Source: a virus
Lineage: Duplodnaviria > Heunggongvirae > Uroviricota > Caudoviricetes
DNA length: 64,000 nt
Reading direction: 5' to 3' (one strand)
IMG/VR virus record: IMGVR_UViG_3300045049_000056
Coordinates: 1-64,000 of that record
In this document: positions 26,466 through 35,927 of the stretch, one piece after another
Layout of the letters: every line of letters begins with the position of its first letter
How positions within the stretch are numbered: position 1 is the first letter of the stretch
The notes under the pieces: model-generated
Database searches by the model: none
Told to the model about the DNA's origin: nothing
What the model saw: only the letters and a program-made list of their open reading frames with translations
Position numbers and translations under genes: made by a program

Positions 26466-27061
26466 AGCAAGATTCAAAGAAGATTGCATTGCCGCACAAA
26501 TTTCAGTTTAGGCACTGCCAGCACAGCAACTACACCCACACTGCGAAGATGAACGCAAATGGTGATTACGAGGTGAATTGGGCACGAGGTTGGGCAAATG
26601 TTATCGGGATTGTGCCGAACGTTGTGTTTGACAGTGATCTTGCAGCAGAACTGGTGAAAGCTGGCAGTTGGGTTGTTGTAGACGACAAGCCGAAGCAGGA
26701 GAACTCTGCGAGTTCATTGCCGGATGAATTCTACTTCCTCAACAGCCTTGGTGAACGTTTCAAAGCGGTTCGTGGGCAATCTTACTGGACGTTGACGCGT
26801 CAAGAAGACGGTCGAACACTTAGTGTCACGGACGATCAGGTTAAACACTCTCTCAAGACATCTTGGGAAATGATCACCAAGCTCGTTCTCACAGCCGAGC
26901 AACAGAGGCAAGTGAAAGAGTATAAAGAGCAAGTGGCACAGCTTGACAGCAGCATTAAGCTGAATGAGCAGGATATTGAGCATCGCAACAGGCTCATTGC
27001 CAATTACAAAGAGCGGCAAGAAACGCTTCGTAAGAAGATCGAGGAGATTGAGAATGCCTAA
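26462..27061 (+). CDS. hypothetical protein (199 aa) with C-terminal coiled coil
   Basis: ATGA overlap. Confidence 0.55.
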   Translation: MKQDSKKIALPHKFQFRHCQHSNYTHTAKMNANGDYEVNWARGWANVIGIVPNVVFDSDLAAELVKAGSWVVVDDKPKQENSASSLPDEFYFLNSLGERFKAVRGQSYWTLTRQEDGRTLSVTDDQVKHSLKTSWEMITKLVLTAEQQRQVKEYKEQVAQLDSSIKLNEQDIEHRNRLIANYKERQETLRKKIEEIENA

Positions 27062-27278
27062 ATGGGATTATCGAATTGCTGTGAATGTTGATGACGACTG
27101 TTACGATGTTATCGAATGTTATTACGACAATGATGGTGCGATTGAGGGTTGGTGCGCTGCATCTGTATCGGGCTGGGAACATAAAGAAGATATCAAATTT
27201 ACTCTTGAGAAGATGCTAAAGGCATTCGACAAAGAACCTGTTAAACTTGAAGACGAAGTTGCGAGGGAGTACGAATGA
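27055..27278 (+). CDS. hypothetical acidic protein (74 aa)
   Basis: ATG at 27055. The track ORF 26964.. is an upstream extension. Confidence 0.45.
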
Positions 27279-28234
27279 GCAAACAAGAGGCATATGTGGG
27301 CGACTGGAAGATTCTTGCCTGCAAACTGAAGAATGACCACCCTGATATGTCCCTCCGCGAGATTGCGCGACAGCTTAACAAGCCTTGGGCAACGGTTTGG
27401 GATCATATGAGCAAGTATCTCAAGTTCCGTGAAGTGGCTGTAGAACCAGCAGAAGGTGCTGTAGATAAGAGCGCTAAGATTCTTCTTCTTGATATCGAGT
27501 GTGCACCAACTCAAGCATTCGTGTGGGGCCGTTTCGATCAGACGGTAGCACAGAAACAAGTGATTAAAGAGGGCTACCTGCTGACGTACTCTGCAAAGTG
27601 GCTTGGTGAACCCACCATCTACAGCAATCGTATCTACGAAGCGGAGAACGATGAATGCCTTGTGCGTGAACTGGCAGAACTGATGGATGTTGCTGATCTG
27701 GTTGTCGCTCACAATGCTGAACGCTTCGACGTACCTCTCATCAAGACTCGTATGCTTGCTCTTGGGATGAACCCTCCAAGCCCTAGTAAGATCGTTGATA
27801 CGCTGCGAATGGCCAAGCGAGAGTTCCGCTTCCCGAGTAACAGCCTTGATAACATTGCTGCATATCTTGGCCTGTCTCGCAAGCAATCTCACAGCGGCTT
27901 TGAACTGTGGGTGAAGTGTATGCAGATGGATGACGAGGCTTTTGAAGAGATGCTGACGTACAACATTCAAGATGTGGTCGTGCTGGAAGAACTGTACATG
28001 AAGCTCCGTCCTTGGTACAAGACACATCCTAATGTTGCTCTGTACGGTCCTGCTGACAAGCCTCGTTGTGTGTGCTGTGGAAGTGACAAGCTTTCTAAGA
28101 TCGACAAGAAATATTATACGAACGTTTCGGAGTTTGATGTGTACAAGTGTGTTGATTGTGGTAAAATGAATCGTTCTCGTATGAACACTTCGGAGCATAC
28201 CAAACAAAACACTCTTACGAATGTGGGGAAATAA
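27275..28234 (+). CDS. DnaQ-like DEDDy 3'-5' exonuclease with N-terminal HTH and C-terminal zinc ribbon
   Basis: Exo I LLLDIECA. Exo II VAHNAERFDVP. Exo III YNIQDVVVLEELY. N-terminal LREIARQLNKPWATV is HTH-like. C-terminal CVCCGSDK...CVDCGK. Confidence 0.6.
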   Translation: MSKQEAYVGDWKILACKLKNDHPDMSLREIARQLNKPWATVWDHMSKYLKFREVAVEPAEGAVDKSAKILLLDIECAPTQAFVWGRFDQTVAQKQVIKEGYLLTYSAKWLGEPTIYSNRIYEAENDECLVRELAELMDVADLVVAHNAERFDVPLIKTRMLALGMNPPSPSKIVDTLRMAKREFRFPSNSLDNIAAYLGLSRKQSHSGFELWVKCMQMDDEAFEEMLTYNIQDVVVLEELYMKLRPWYKTHPNVALYGPADKPRCVCCGSDKLSKIDKKYYTNVSEFDVYKCVDCGKMNRSRMNTSEHTKQNTLTNVGK

Positions 28235-28236
28235 GA

Positions 28237-28449
28237 ATGGCCACAATTGACATTAGAGCTACAGACGAAAAAGTTGATAAGATTGTATTCTCAAGTGCTA
28301 CGTACGAGATTGCAAACAGCTTGGAGTTAGATTCTCGTGTTGTGATTCTAAAGAATGACGAGGATGATTACATGAACATCCAAAAAGCTGACGTACAAAA
28401 CCTCATCAAAGCTTTGCAGAAAGCTGTTGAGCTTGGGTGGACGAAATAA
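28237..28449 (+). CDS. hypothetical protein (70 aa)
   Basis: ORF with a plausible RBS. Confidence 0.5.
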   Translation: MATIDIRATDEKVDKIVFSSATYEIANSLELDSRVVILKNDEDDYMNIQKADVQNLIKALQKAVELGWTK

Positions 28450-28628
28450 TGGAAGAACGAGACTACAACGTCTGCATTGGTAAGATTCTTGCTGGCAAAC
28501 CTCTTAATGACGAAGAGGCAAACATGTTTGTCGATGTACTGCGAGAGTTTGAAAGTATGCTAGATGAGGGAGACCAAGAAGATTTTTATGGCACTGAAGG
28601 TTGGCACCATCGGATGGGCTGGGATTAA
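28449..28628 (+). CDS. hypothetical acidic protein (59 aa)
   Basis: ATG at 28449 overlapping the upstream stop. Confidence 0.45.
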   Translation: MEERDYNVCIGKILAGKPLNDEEANMFVDVLREFESMLDEGDQEDFYGTEGWHHRMGWD

Positions 28629-28637
28629 GGAGAAAGT

Positions 28638-29096
28638 ATGATTGAATTGAAAATTGAAAAAGTTGAGCAAGACGCCGATGTCCGGATGCCGGAATATTCC
28701 ACTGAAGGTGCAGCGTGCTTCGACATTAAAGCGTACATGCCGGGAGCTTCTGTTGTTGTAGATTCTACTGCGATTAACGGTGTTATCATTCCTACTGGCC
28801 TTAAGTTTGAAGTTCCTGAAGGTTATGCCATGATGATTTATTCCCGCAGTGGTCAAGGCTTTAACAGCAACACTCGTCTTAGCAATTGTGTGGGCGTTAT
28901 TGATGCTGACTACCGTGGTGAAGTTAAAGTGAAGCTTGTGTATGACGGTGGCAACAACACGCCAATTACCGTCAAGCACGGTGATAAGATTGCACAAGCG
29001 ATGCTGATTCCTGTACCTAAAGTCGAACTCAAACTGGTGAAAGACCTGAGCAAGACTAAGCGTGGCGCAAAAGGCTTTGGGAGTACTGGCGTATGA
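28638..29096 (+). CDS. dut: dUTPase
   Basis: AAGGAGAAAGT then ATG. Motifs AACFDIKA, SRSGQG, GVIDADYRGEVKV and a C-terminal Gly-rich motif 5. Confidence 0.85.
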   Translation: MIELKIEKVEQDADVRMPEYSTEGAACFDIKAYMPGASVVVDSTAINGVIIPTGLKFEVPEGYAMMIYSRSGQGFNSNTRLSNCVGVIDADYRGEVKVKLVYDGGNNTPITVKHGDKIAQAMLIPVPKVELKLVKDLSKTKRGAKGFGSTGV

Positions 29097-29716
29097 AAGT
29101 TATTTCCTGCTACGACCTCCTGCTTGCTGACCCTCTCAAGCACATGAACATCTTCGATCTTGTGCATCTAGACAACGCTGAAGTTGTGTACGACGTTCTA
29201 GAAACACTGGGTATGGATGTGGCGAAGCCAGTACATATTTATGCTGCACAGCACCGAACTCTTGCTGGCGATGTTAAAATTGGATACTTGTTCGCTGGCG
29301 AGCTAGATACATCGCGAAGTTTCCTCAAAGGGAAGTATGCGCATCCTGAAGACCTGTTAATTGCGGCCAGCATCCGTGATAAGAGCCTCTATGAGCACCT
29401 ACACGAAATGAGCACAACTTGTACAGCTTACGGTGGGGTGATGGCTCTAGATGATGGGATTCCACCACGGCCCAGCCCTGACGAAAGGTTCTCTCTGAAG
29501 AGTGCGAAGGCTTATGAGAAAGAGTATGTTTCTGAGGAGTCTAAGATTCTTGCAGAGATTACTCAGCTTGAGGATATTCTGTTTGATATTCGCGGTGAGC
29601 AATTTAATCCTGATGGATCGGTGAAGACGTTGGAAGAGTACACAACTCCGAAGCCTGCTGAAAAATTAAGAAAAAAATATAAGAAACGCAAAGGTAAAAG
29701 TGATGAGAGTGTTTGA
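29093..29716 (+). CDS. hypothetical protein (207 aa) with Lys-rich C-terminus
   Basis: ATGA overlap. Confidence 0.55.
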   Translation: MKVISCYDLLLADPLKHMNIFDLVHLDNAEVVYDVLETLGMDVAKPVHIYAAQHRTLAGDVKIGYLFAGELDTSRSFLKGKYAHPEDLLIAASIRDKSLYEHLHEMSTTCTAYGGVMALDDGIPPRPSPDERFSLKSAKAYEKEYVSEESKILAEITQLEDILFDIRGEQFNPDGSVKTLEEYTTPKPAEKLRKKYKKRKGKSDESV

Positions 29717-29867
29717 AACTTCTTGCTTGGACAACACGATTTGTGAGTACGCCTACAAGTTAGGATACACACATATTGATTTTGACGAAGCTCTGTATAA
29801 GATTGTTGAGTCCGAGATGTACGGGTATGATTGGATTGAAGAAGGGAGTGTTGATGGCGCAAATTAA
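29703..29867 (+). CDS. small protein (54 aa)
   Basis: ATG at 29703. Overlaps the nrdA start by 14 nt. Weak RBS. Confidence 0.3.
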   Translation: MRVFETSCLDNTICEYAYKLGYTHIDFDEALYKIVESEMYGYDWIEEGSVDGAN

Positions 29868-32088
29868 GACGGTGAAGAAGCGGAATGGTGAAGTTGTTCC
29901 GTTCGATCCTGAAAAACTAACGCATTGGGCCAAATGGGCCGGTGATATTGGTGTCGATTGGTTTGCCATTGTTGGCGAGGCTTACAAGAAGTGCCCCGAC
30001 GAATGCACTACGAATGACCTTCAGAACGCAATGATTCAAGCATGCATGGATTTTGAAGATACTCCGCACATGTTGATGGCTGGCCGTTTATTGATGGGCG
30101 ACGTGTACAAACAGGCATTTGGTGGGCACAATAAGATTCCTACAGTGCCTCAAATGGCAGTTGCCATGATGACACTTGGTCTGTGGGAAAACATGGATTA
30201 CACGATTGATGAGCTTGACGAGGCCGAAGCATTCATCAACCACGACCGTGATCTTAATAGTGTTTACTCCGTTGTGAATCAAATCACCACTAAGTATGCT
30301 ATCAAGGATATTGAGACTAATCGTGTGTTGGAGTCGCCTGCGTTCGTGTGGATGCGTATGGCTCTTGGCGTGTGCAAAGAGGAGCCTCGTGAAACTCGTA
30401 TGCAGAGTGTCAAAGAGTATTACGAAGACTTTGCAACTGGGCGCATCAATGCACCTACACCGAACATTAACAATCTTGGAACTCCTAAGCGAAGCTATGC
30501 TTCTTGCTGCGTGTACAAGAGCAATGATGAGCTAGGTAGCCTTGCTGCTGGCGATCACATCGCTACTATTATGACGGCTGCTAGTGCTGGTATTGGTGGT
30601 ATGCTGATGACTCGCAGCAAAGGTGATGGCGTTCGTAAGAATACTATTCGCCACGGTGGCAAGCTGCCGTACTACAATGCTCAAGCGAGTGCCGTGAATG
30701 CTAACCTGCAAGGTGGTCGTGGTGGTGCGGAGACGATGCACTTCAATGCTCTGGACCCGGAGACGCCGCTGATTCAACGCATGCGACACCCAACCACTGT
30801 TGCATCGAAGGCAGAACGCCGTCTTGATTACAGCTTTGGTTTCCATCCTTTGCTTGCAGAGAAAGCAGCAAAGAACGAACAATGGATGCACATCAGCTAC
30901 AAAGCCAATCCTGACCTGTGGGAAGCTGCGTACCGTGCAGACGGAAGCTTTGAGAAGATGTACACCGAGCATGAGAATAGCAGCAAGCGTAAGAAGTTTG
31001 TGAGTGCTCGTGCAGTTGTGCTAGAGCACCTTCGCATGCAGGAAGAGACTGGTAGGATGTATGAACACAACACGTATGAAATGAATCGCCATACGCCGTT
31101 TAAAGACCCGATCTACAGTAGCAATTTGTGTCAAGAAATTGGCCTGCCAACCCAAGGGTATAAGGATGTTACCGAGTTATATCGGATGGATGACGATGTG
31201 CAGGGTGAGATTGGTTTGTGCAATCTTGGTGCAATTGTCGCTGGACGTGTAACGCCTGAGATGTATGAGGAAGTGGCGTATCGCACGCTGAAGATGGTGG
31301 ACAATGTTATCAGTATCATGGATTATCCGTTCCCACACCTGAAGTACACTGCGCAGGCTCGTCGTTCAGCAGGCATCGGCATTACCAATCTTGCTCATGA
31401 TATGGCAATGAAGGGGCTTCGTTACGATGCGGCTGAAGGTAAGGCGTACATGCACCGGCTTGCGGAGATGCATTCTTACTGGCTCCACAAGGCTTCTGTA
31501 CGGCTGGCCAAGGAGCGTGGTAAGTGCGATTGGTTCCACAAGACGAAGTATGCAGATGGTTGGCTGCCTATTGACACGTATTGCAAACACATCGATAATG
31601 TGACGGATCAACCCTTACTGTGCGATTGGGAAGGGCTGCGCAAGGAGATTGCTGAACATGGCATGCGCAACAGTGTCCTTGAAGCGTATATGCCTGTTGA
31701 GTCGAGCAGTATTGCTGGTAACACGACTAATAGCATTTATCCTGTTCGTGAACTTGTTGTTGTTAAAACGAGCGGTACGAATAAGAATGTGTTTCTTGCA
31801 CCAGATTTGGAAGAGTTGAAAGGTGCCTATCAGCTTGCTTGGACTGTGCCGCGTAAAGATATTACGGAGATGTACGGCATCTTCCAGAAGTTCTGCGGAC
31901 AGGCAATCAGTGCTGACCACTATCGTGCTTTTGCTGAAGGTGAGATTCCGAAGATTAGTGCCACGGAGATGTTTGAAGATTGGTTGTACAGAATTACGTG
32001 CGGCCTTAAGAGTGGCTACTACTCGAATACGAAAGCTGGTTTGACGTTGGAAGAAAGTGAAGCAGAATGTGAGGCTTGCAAACTATGA
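29854..32088 (+). CDS. nrdA: class I ribonucleotide reductase alpha subunit
   Basis: GAAGGGAG then ATG at 29854 (track TTG 29776). N-terminal ATP-cone VKKRNGEVVPFDPEKL. The body, including NLCQEIGLP and a C-terminal Cys pair, is of NrdA type. Confidence 0.85.
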   Translation: MAQIKTVKKRNGEVVPFDPEKLTHWAKWAGDIGVDWFAIVGEAYKKCPDECTTNDLQNAMIQACMDFEDTPHMLMAGRLLMGDVYKQAFGGHNKIPTVPQMAVAMMTLGLWENMDYTIDELDEAEAFINHDRDLNSVYSVVNQITTKYAIKDIETNRVLESPAFVWMRMALGVCKEEPRETRMQSVKEYYEDFATGRINAPTPNINNLGTPKRSYASCCVYKSNDELGSLAAGDHIATIMTAASAGIGGMLMTRSKGDGVRKNTIRHGGKLPYYNAQASAVNANLQGGRGGAETMHFNALDPETPLIQRMRHPTTVASKAERRLDYSFGFHPLLAEKAAKNEQWMHISYKANPDLWEAAYRADGSFEKMYTEHENSSKRKKFVSARAVVLEHLRMQEETGRMYEHNTYEMNRHTPFKDPIYSSNLCQEIGLPTQGYKDVTELYRMDDDVQGEIGLCNLGAIVAGRVTPEMYEEVAYRTLKMVDNVISIMDYPFPHLKYTAQARRSAGIGITNLAHDMAMKGLRYDAAEGKAYMHRLAEMHSYWLHKASVRLAKERGKCDWFHKTKYADGWLPIDTYCKHIDNVTDQPLLCDWEGLRKEIAEHGMRNSVLEAYMPVESSSIAGNTTNSIYPVRELVVVKTSGTNKNVFLAPDLEELKGAYQLAWTVPRKDITEMYGIFQKFCGQAISADHYRAFAEGEIPKISATEMFEDWLYRITCGLKSGYYSNTKAGLTLEESEAECEACKL

Positions 32089-33176
32089 GTGTATTTAATC
32101 AAGAGAATAACGAGTGGAAGACAGGTAAATATTCTCTATTTCTTGGGCAGGCTCCGGGACTGTACGACAGCATTAACGTAACGCACCCAACCCTGTTTAA
32201 GAAGTACAAGGAGCAGAAGCAGGCTGACTGGAGCGAGGATGAAATCGATCTGGAGCAATCTCGTATCGACATGCTGACGTGCCCTCCTGAGAGTCGTGAA
32301 CTGATGCTGGAGAATCTTGCCCTTCAGTGGGAAGCTGACTCGATTGCTGCGCGAAGCATTGCACCTTTATTTGCACCCTTCGTCACCAACAGCGAGTACT
32401 GGGCTGCGCTGCTGAAGATTAGCGAGATTGAAGTGCTACACGCTCTGACGTACTCAGAGATTGTTCGTGTTTGCATGGCTAATCCTAACGAAATCTTTGA
32501 GCGCATCATGAAGAATGACGAGATGACTGGTCGTATGGATACAGTGTCTCGGGCATTCAGTAATCTCTCAGATGCGGGGGCTCGATACAAGCTTGGAGAG
32601 ATTGACGAGGATGTTGCGTATGGCGTAGTAATGAGTGCCCTTGTTGCTCTGTACTGCTTAGAGCGCCTTCAGTTCATGGTGTCGTTTGCCGCGACGTTCG
32701 GTGTTGTTGAGACAGGCTACTTCCAAGGAATCGGAAAGCTCGTTCAAAAGATTATGCAGGACGAAAGGTATATTCATGCTGAAGTAGGCAAGTACGCTAT
32801 CAAGACTGAGCTTGCAACAGAACGTGGACAAGAATGGTTCTACTACAACAAAGGTATTGTGTTCAATACGCTTAAAGAAGTTGTTCGTGCAGAGTATGAC
32901 TGGAATGGTCACTTACACAGCAGCGGTCGCAAAGTTCCCGGCTTCACGCATCAGCTTGGTGTTGATTGGATCGACTACAACGCGCAGGAAGTGTATGAAC
33001 TGTTTGGCTTTGAGCCACCACGCAAGATTGTTAAGAATCCTCTGAAGTACATGGAGAATTGGCTTGATCTGAACAAAACTCAGAATGCCAATCAAGAAGG
33101 CGATCAAGCTAACTATCGCCTGAATATTATTGTTGACGATCTTGGAGACAAGATCATTGAATGGAGCTATCGATGA
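32085..33176 (+). CDS. nrdB: class I ribonucleotide reductase beta subunit
   Basis: ATGA overlap with nrdA. Di-iron/tyrosyl-radical helices (EVLHALTYSE..., FMVSFAATF...E..H...). Confidence 0.8.
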   Translation: MSVFNQENNEWKTGKYSLFLGQAPGLYDSINVTHPTLFKKYKEQKQADWSEDEIDLEQSRIDMLTCPPESRELMLENLALQWEADSIAARSIAPLFAPFVTNSEYWAALLKISEIEVLHALTYSEIVRVCMANPNEIFERIMKNDEMTGRMDTVSRAFSNLSDAGARYKLGEIDEDVAYGVVMSALVALYCLERLQFMVSFAATFGVVETGYFQGIGKLVQKIMQDERYIHAEVGKYAIKTELATERGQEWFYYNKGIVFNTLKEVVRAEYDWNGHLHSSGRKVPGFTHQLGVDWIDYNAQEVYELFGFEPPRKIVKNPLKYMENWLDLNKTQNANQEGDQANYRLNIIVDDLGDKIIEWSYR

Positions 33177-33427
33177 GTGTGATTGTGTATAGTAAGAATA
33201 ACTGTCCTGAATGTGCTAAAGCGCTGGCATTGCTGGACGCTAAGGGTGTTGAGTACACTGCTGTGAAAGTTGAAGATACACCGGGGGCGCGGGAGTTTCT
33301 GATGGCTCGCGGACATCGGTCTGTGCCGCAGATTTATGTGAATGGTGAAGATGTGGCTTATGTAGGAGACTATAAGACCCTTGCAAAATTTACCGAGCAT
33401 GAGTTTGAAAGTCTGAAGAAAGAGTAA
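33173..33427 (+). CDS. nrdH: NrdH/glutaredoxin-like redoxin
   Basis: VIVYSKNNCPECAKA is a CPxC thioredoxin-fold motif. ATGA overlap with nrdB. Confidence 0.75.
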   Translation: MSVIVYSKNNCPECAKALALLDAKGVEYTAVKVEDTPGAREFLMARGHRSVPQIYVNGEDVAYVGDYKTLAKFTEHEFESLKKE

Positions 33428-33435
33428 GATTGTTG

Positions 33436-33464
33436 TTGACAGGAAGCGTACTCATCTGTAGAAT
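33436..33464 (+). promoter_or_regulatory. promoter (TTGACA-N17-TAGAAT)
   Basis: TTGACA 33436-33441, TAGAAT 33459-33464, upstream of gene 33511. Confidence 0.6.
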
Positions 33465-33510
33465 GCTTCCTTGTCGATTGAGACGCTAAACAAATTTAAG
33501 GAGAGTAACA

Positions 33511-33702
33511 GTGCAACGTAATGAAAATGAATCGTTTGAAGACTACAAAGTCCGTCGTGCAGCCGCCAACAAAGCTGTGAAGGCCCTAAAGCGTGGCGTG
33601 CCGTTTCATAACAGTGCTGAGCAGGGTACGTACATCAACTGGGACAAGCGTGAACTGAAAGCGCAACGGGCTGCTAAGCAGGCACAACGTAAAGGGAACT
33701 GA
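33511..33702 (+). CDS. hypothetical basic protein (63 aa)
   Basis: AAGGAGAG then GTG. Confidence 0.5.
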   Translation: MQRNENESFEDYKVRRAAANKAVKALKRGVPFHNSAEQGTYINWDKRELKAQRAAKQAQRKGN

Positions 33703-33704
33703 TA

Positions 33705-33869
33705 TGGAAGTGAAGATCACTCGTGCAGAACTTCACGCTGCACTCACACACTTCTACACTGAGTTTAAGGACCATCCTGAAAACTTTGAAGGCTATGGCA
33801 CCCCTGAAGAAGATGCTGAAGTTGTTACCAACGCTATTTTTGAATACATCAACAACCAAGGAGCTTAAC
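33705..33869 (+). CDS. small acidic protein (54 aa)
   Basis: ATG 2 nt after the upstream stop. Fills the gap. Below the track cutoff. Confidence 0.35.
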
Positions 33870-33870
33870 A

Positions 33871-34134
33871 ATGACTAATACCATCACCATCGGCAACGCA
33901 ACTATCAACTCGGATGACATGTACGAATTTCTGCAACGCAGCCGCACGATCCTTGAGAACATCGAACTAGAAAACGATTCCTTCAAAAACCTCGTCAAAG
34001 AGATTGTTGATGCGACCAAACTGGACAAGAAAGTAGTGTCCAAGTTTCTGAAGAGTCGCTACAAGTTCAAGACGAAGGAGATCGTTGCCGAAGCAGAAAC
34101 TCTGGATGCTCTGAGCAAAGCTGTTGATGAGTAA
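33871..34134 (+). CDS. hypothetical protein (87 aa)
   Basis: CAAGGAGCTTAACA then ATG. Confidence 0.5.
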   Translation: MTNTITIGNATINSDDMYEFLQRSRTILENIELENDSFKNLVKEIVDATKLDKKVVSKFLKSRYKFKTKEIVAEAETLDALSKAVDE

Positions 34135-34199
34135 TGCAACATTGTCACAAGATCATTTATGTGTTGTGTGAATCAGACGTGATAAACCACAAGTATTGC

Positions 34200-34227
34200 T
34201 TGACGTAACTAAGTTTGTAGGTATATG
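34200..34227 (+). promoter_or_regulatory. promoter (TTGACG-N16-TATATG) with ~115-nt leader
   Basis: Upstream of gene 34347. Confidence 0.4.
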
Positions 34228-34346
34228 CTTACAAACATGCTGATACGGAACAACACTCTCACACAGCAAATGATATAAGAGCCGAACGGTCAGCCTGCAA
34301 GGGCAAACAACTCTACCGAAGTCAAATTAAATTAAGGAAAGCTAAA

Positions 34347-34619
34347 ATGAACATCATCACCACCGCAAACGTCGTCATGACCCTGCTGCCGATCATCAGC
34401 GACACCGTTAAGAACGTTGAAGCTATCGTGGGTGCTGGCAACGGCGCACAGAAGAAAGAACTGGCCATCAGCCTCATCAAATCAATCTACAACGCTTCCA
34501 CTCCCCCCGTCCCGTTTGACACTCTGGTGGGTCATATCACCGAGGCAATTGCGGCTTTTGTCAGCTACTACAACAGCGTGCGTGCGTTCGCCCGTTCTGT
34601 CCAGCAAGCAGCAGCGTAA
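34347..34619 (+). CDS. hypothetical protein with hydrophobic N-terminus (90 aa)
   Basis: AAGGAAAGCTAAA then ATG. Last gene of the rightward block. Confidence 0.55.
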   Translation: MNIITTANVVMTLLPIISDTVKNVEAIVGAGNGAQKKELAISLIKSIYNASTPPVPFDTLVGHITEAIAAFVSYYNSVRAFARSVQQAAA

Positions 34620-34700
34620 ATAAAAATGCCCCAACACCAACAAGGTGAAGGGGCGAAGGAATGCACCTGATGGTGCAGCACTCTACCAAAGTGCTAAGGA

Positions 34701-34745
34701 AAGCGTGAATTACCGGATCAAGGGGTTCACGCTTTTATTTTATTG
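34701..34745. terminator. bidirectional terminator hairpin (8-bp stem AGCGUGAA/UUCACGCU) in the convergent zone
   Basis: Plus strand: hairpin then UUUUAUUUUAUU. Minus strand: same hairpin then UUUCCUU. Extra hairpins lie at 34640-34700. Confidence 0.55.
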
Positions 34746-34780
34746 TGCATCGCAATGAGATGTCAACCCCTTTGAGGTTG

Positions 34781-35239
34781 TCACGCATCATTTGAAAGGC
34801 CGTTTGTGGCGCTGTGCTCTCGCGCCCATTTAATGGCTCTTGCACGTACGTCATCATTAATTGACGGAGTAACATTTCCTCGTCCAACATCAGATGTGCT
34901 TTCAGCTTGCACGCTGACGGGTTCTTCTTTGGCTGGCTGTTCAGCGCTTGGCAAAGTCTGTTCGGCTTCTCGTACGGTGCTCGAGGGCAATCCAATGTGC
35001 TTGGTTGTCGCAACGGTGAAGCCCACATTGGCGATGGCAAGAACACCAATTGCAATATCAGCACAAGTCTGCATGTCAATCCCGAAGTCATACCCGAAAG
35101 CCTTTCCCAACTGAACAATGGCGAACAGCAATGCTGCAATGGCATTGGCTGACACTTGATGGAGTTTCCATGCCTTGGGATCAGAAACGCTCTTCCCAGC
35201 TTGGAACACTTCCCACAGAGCTTTCATCTTAGCTAACAT
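34781..35239 (-). CDS. putative holin with dual-start motif (MLAKMK...), two TM helices
   Basis: Two hydrophobic helices and a hydrophilic C-terminus. Met-Leu-Ala-Lys-Met-Lys dual start resembles lambda S. Overlaps the endolysin stop. Confidence 0.5.
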   Translation of the reverse strand: MLAKMKALWEVFQAGKSVSDPKAWKLHQVSANAIAALLFAIVQLGKAFGYDFGIDMQTCADIAIGVLAIANVGFTVATTKHIGLPSSTVREAEQTLPSAEQPAKEEPVSVQAESTSDVGRGNVTPSINDDVRARAIKWAREHSATNGLSNDA

Positions 35240-35642
35240 TATTCTTCCTTTTCAGTTCTGCGATGGTGTGGCCTGCCTCTTGCAAGTGGGCGTACTCCTT
35301 GAACGATGTCCAATCCCCTGCGTACTCCAAGCCAAGCTTCTTTCCAATCTCGCCACATTTAATAAACGTTTTAATGTCACTCCACTGAGCCTTGCCATTG
35401 ACTACGGGGCAGAAGTCGAATGCAATGTGGTAGTTGTGGAACGACTCTCCTCCACGGGCATTAGTCACCTTGGCCCCCGGAGCAGTGCGACCTTGCGCGT
35501 AGAGCGCGTCTTGCGATTCAATGTCTCGATAGGTGGATGTGATGATTACGTCAATGCCAGCCTCCTTGCACTTTTGAATGAACTCTAGACACTTCTCTTT
35601 CATGGAGGGTGTAAGGTCATCTACACTACGGCTGTTGATCAT
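35229..35642 (-). CDS. endolysin, L-alanyl-D-glutamate peptidase (M15 family, T5 Lys-like, 137 aa)
   Basis: Motif GESFHNYHIAFDF corresponds to SxHxxGxAxD of M15 peptidases. Same length as T5 endolysin. Confidence 0.7.
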   Translation of the reverse strand: MINSRSVDDLTPSMKEKCLEFIQKCKEAGIDVIITSTYRDIESQDALYAQGRTAPGAKVTNARGGESFHNYHIAFDFCPVVNGKAQWSDIKTFIKCGEIGKKLGLEYAGDWTSFKEYAHLQEAGHTIAELKRKNNVS

Positions 35643-35644
35643 GA

Positions 35645-35926
35645 TTACTCCCTTTGCTCAATCATCTTGTTAAGACGCTCATCGATACGATCTAGTCGGG
35701 CGTCAAGCTTCGTACCATAAGCTTCAAAAGATTTGTTAATGTCTTTGATAGCCTCTTTCAGTTCCGTACTAGAGGCGTACGTCTCCGCAACGTGAACACG
35801 GTATTGCGCAAGATCGTTTTCCACCTTCTCAGCCTTCTTCTTCGTCTCTGTCAAATTAGCCCACAACACGGCGCACAAAGCCCCTAACAGGGCTTGCACT
35901 GGCCCCAGCAGTAAGTTAAAATCCAT
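35645..35926 (-). CDS. i-spanin-like or class III holin-like protein (N-terminal TM + coiled coil, 94 aa)
   Basis: ATG at 35924-35926 (MDFNLLLGPVQALLGALCAVLW...) then coiled coil. The track ORF 35645..36073 has a 5' extension overlapping the upstream gene. Confidence 0.5.
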   Translation of the reverse strand: MDFNLLLGPVQALLGALCAVLWANLTETKKKAEKVENDLAQYRVHVAETYASSTELKEAIKDINKSFEAYGTKLDARLDRIDERLNKMIEQRE

Positions 35927-35927
35927 A

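Noticed and set aside
27122-28246. 374-aa minus-strand ORF
   Set aside because: Antisense shadow of the DEDDy exonuclease gene.
29703-29867. 54-aa ORF overlapping the nrdA start, as a confident gene
   Set aside because: Weak RBS and overlap with the ATP-cone start. Kept only as a low-confidence feature.
34735-35145. 136-aa ORF embedded in another frame of the holin candidate, considered as an o-spanin
   Set aside because: No lipobox (L-x-[AG]-C) and no signal peptide. Composition looks like an out-of-frame read.
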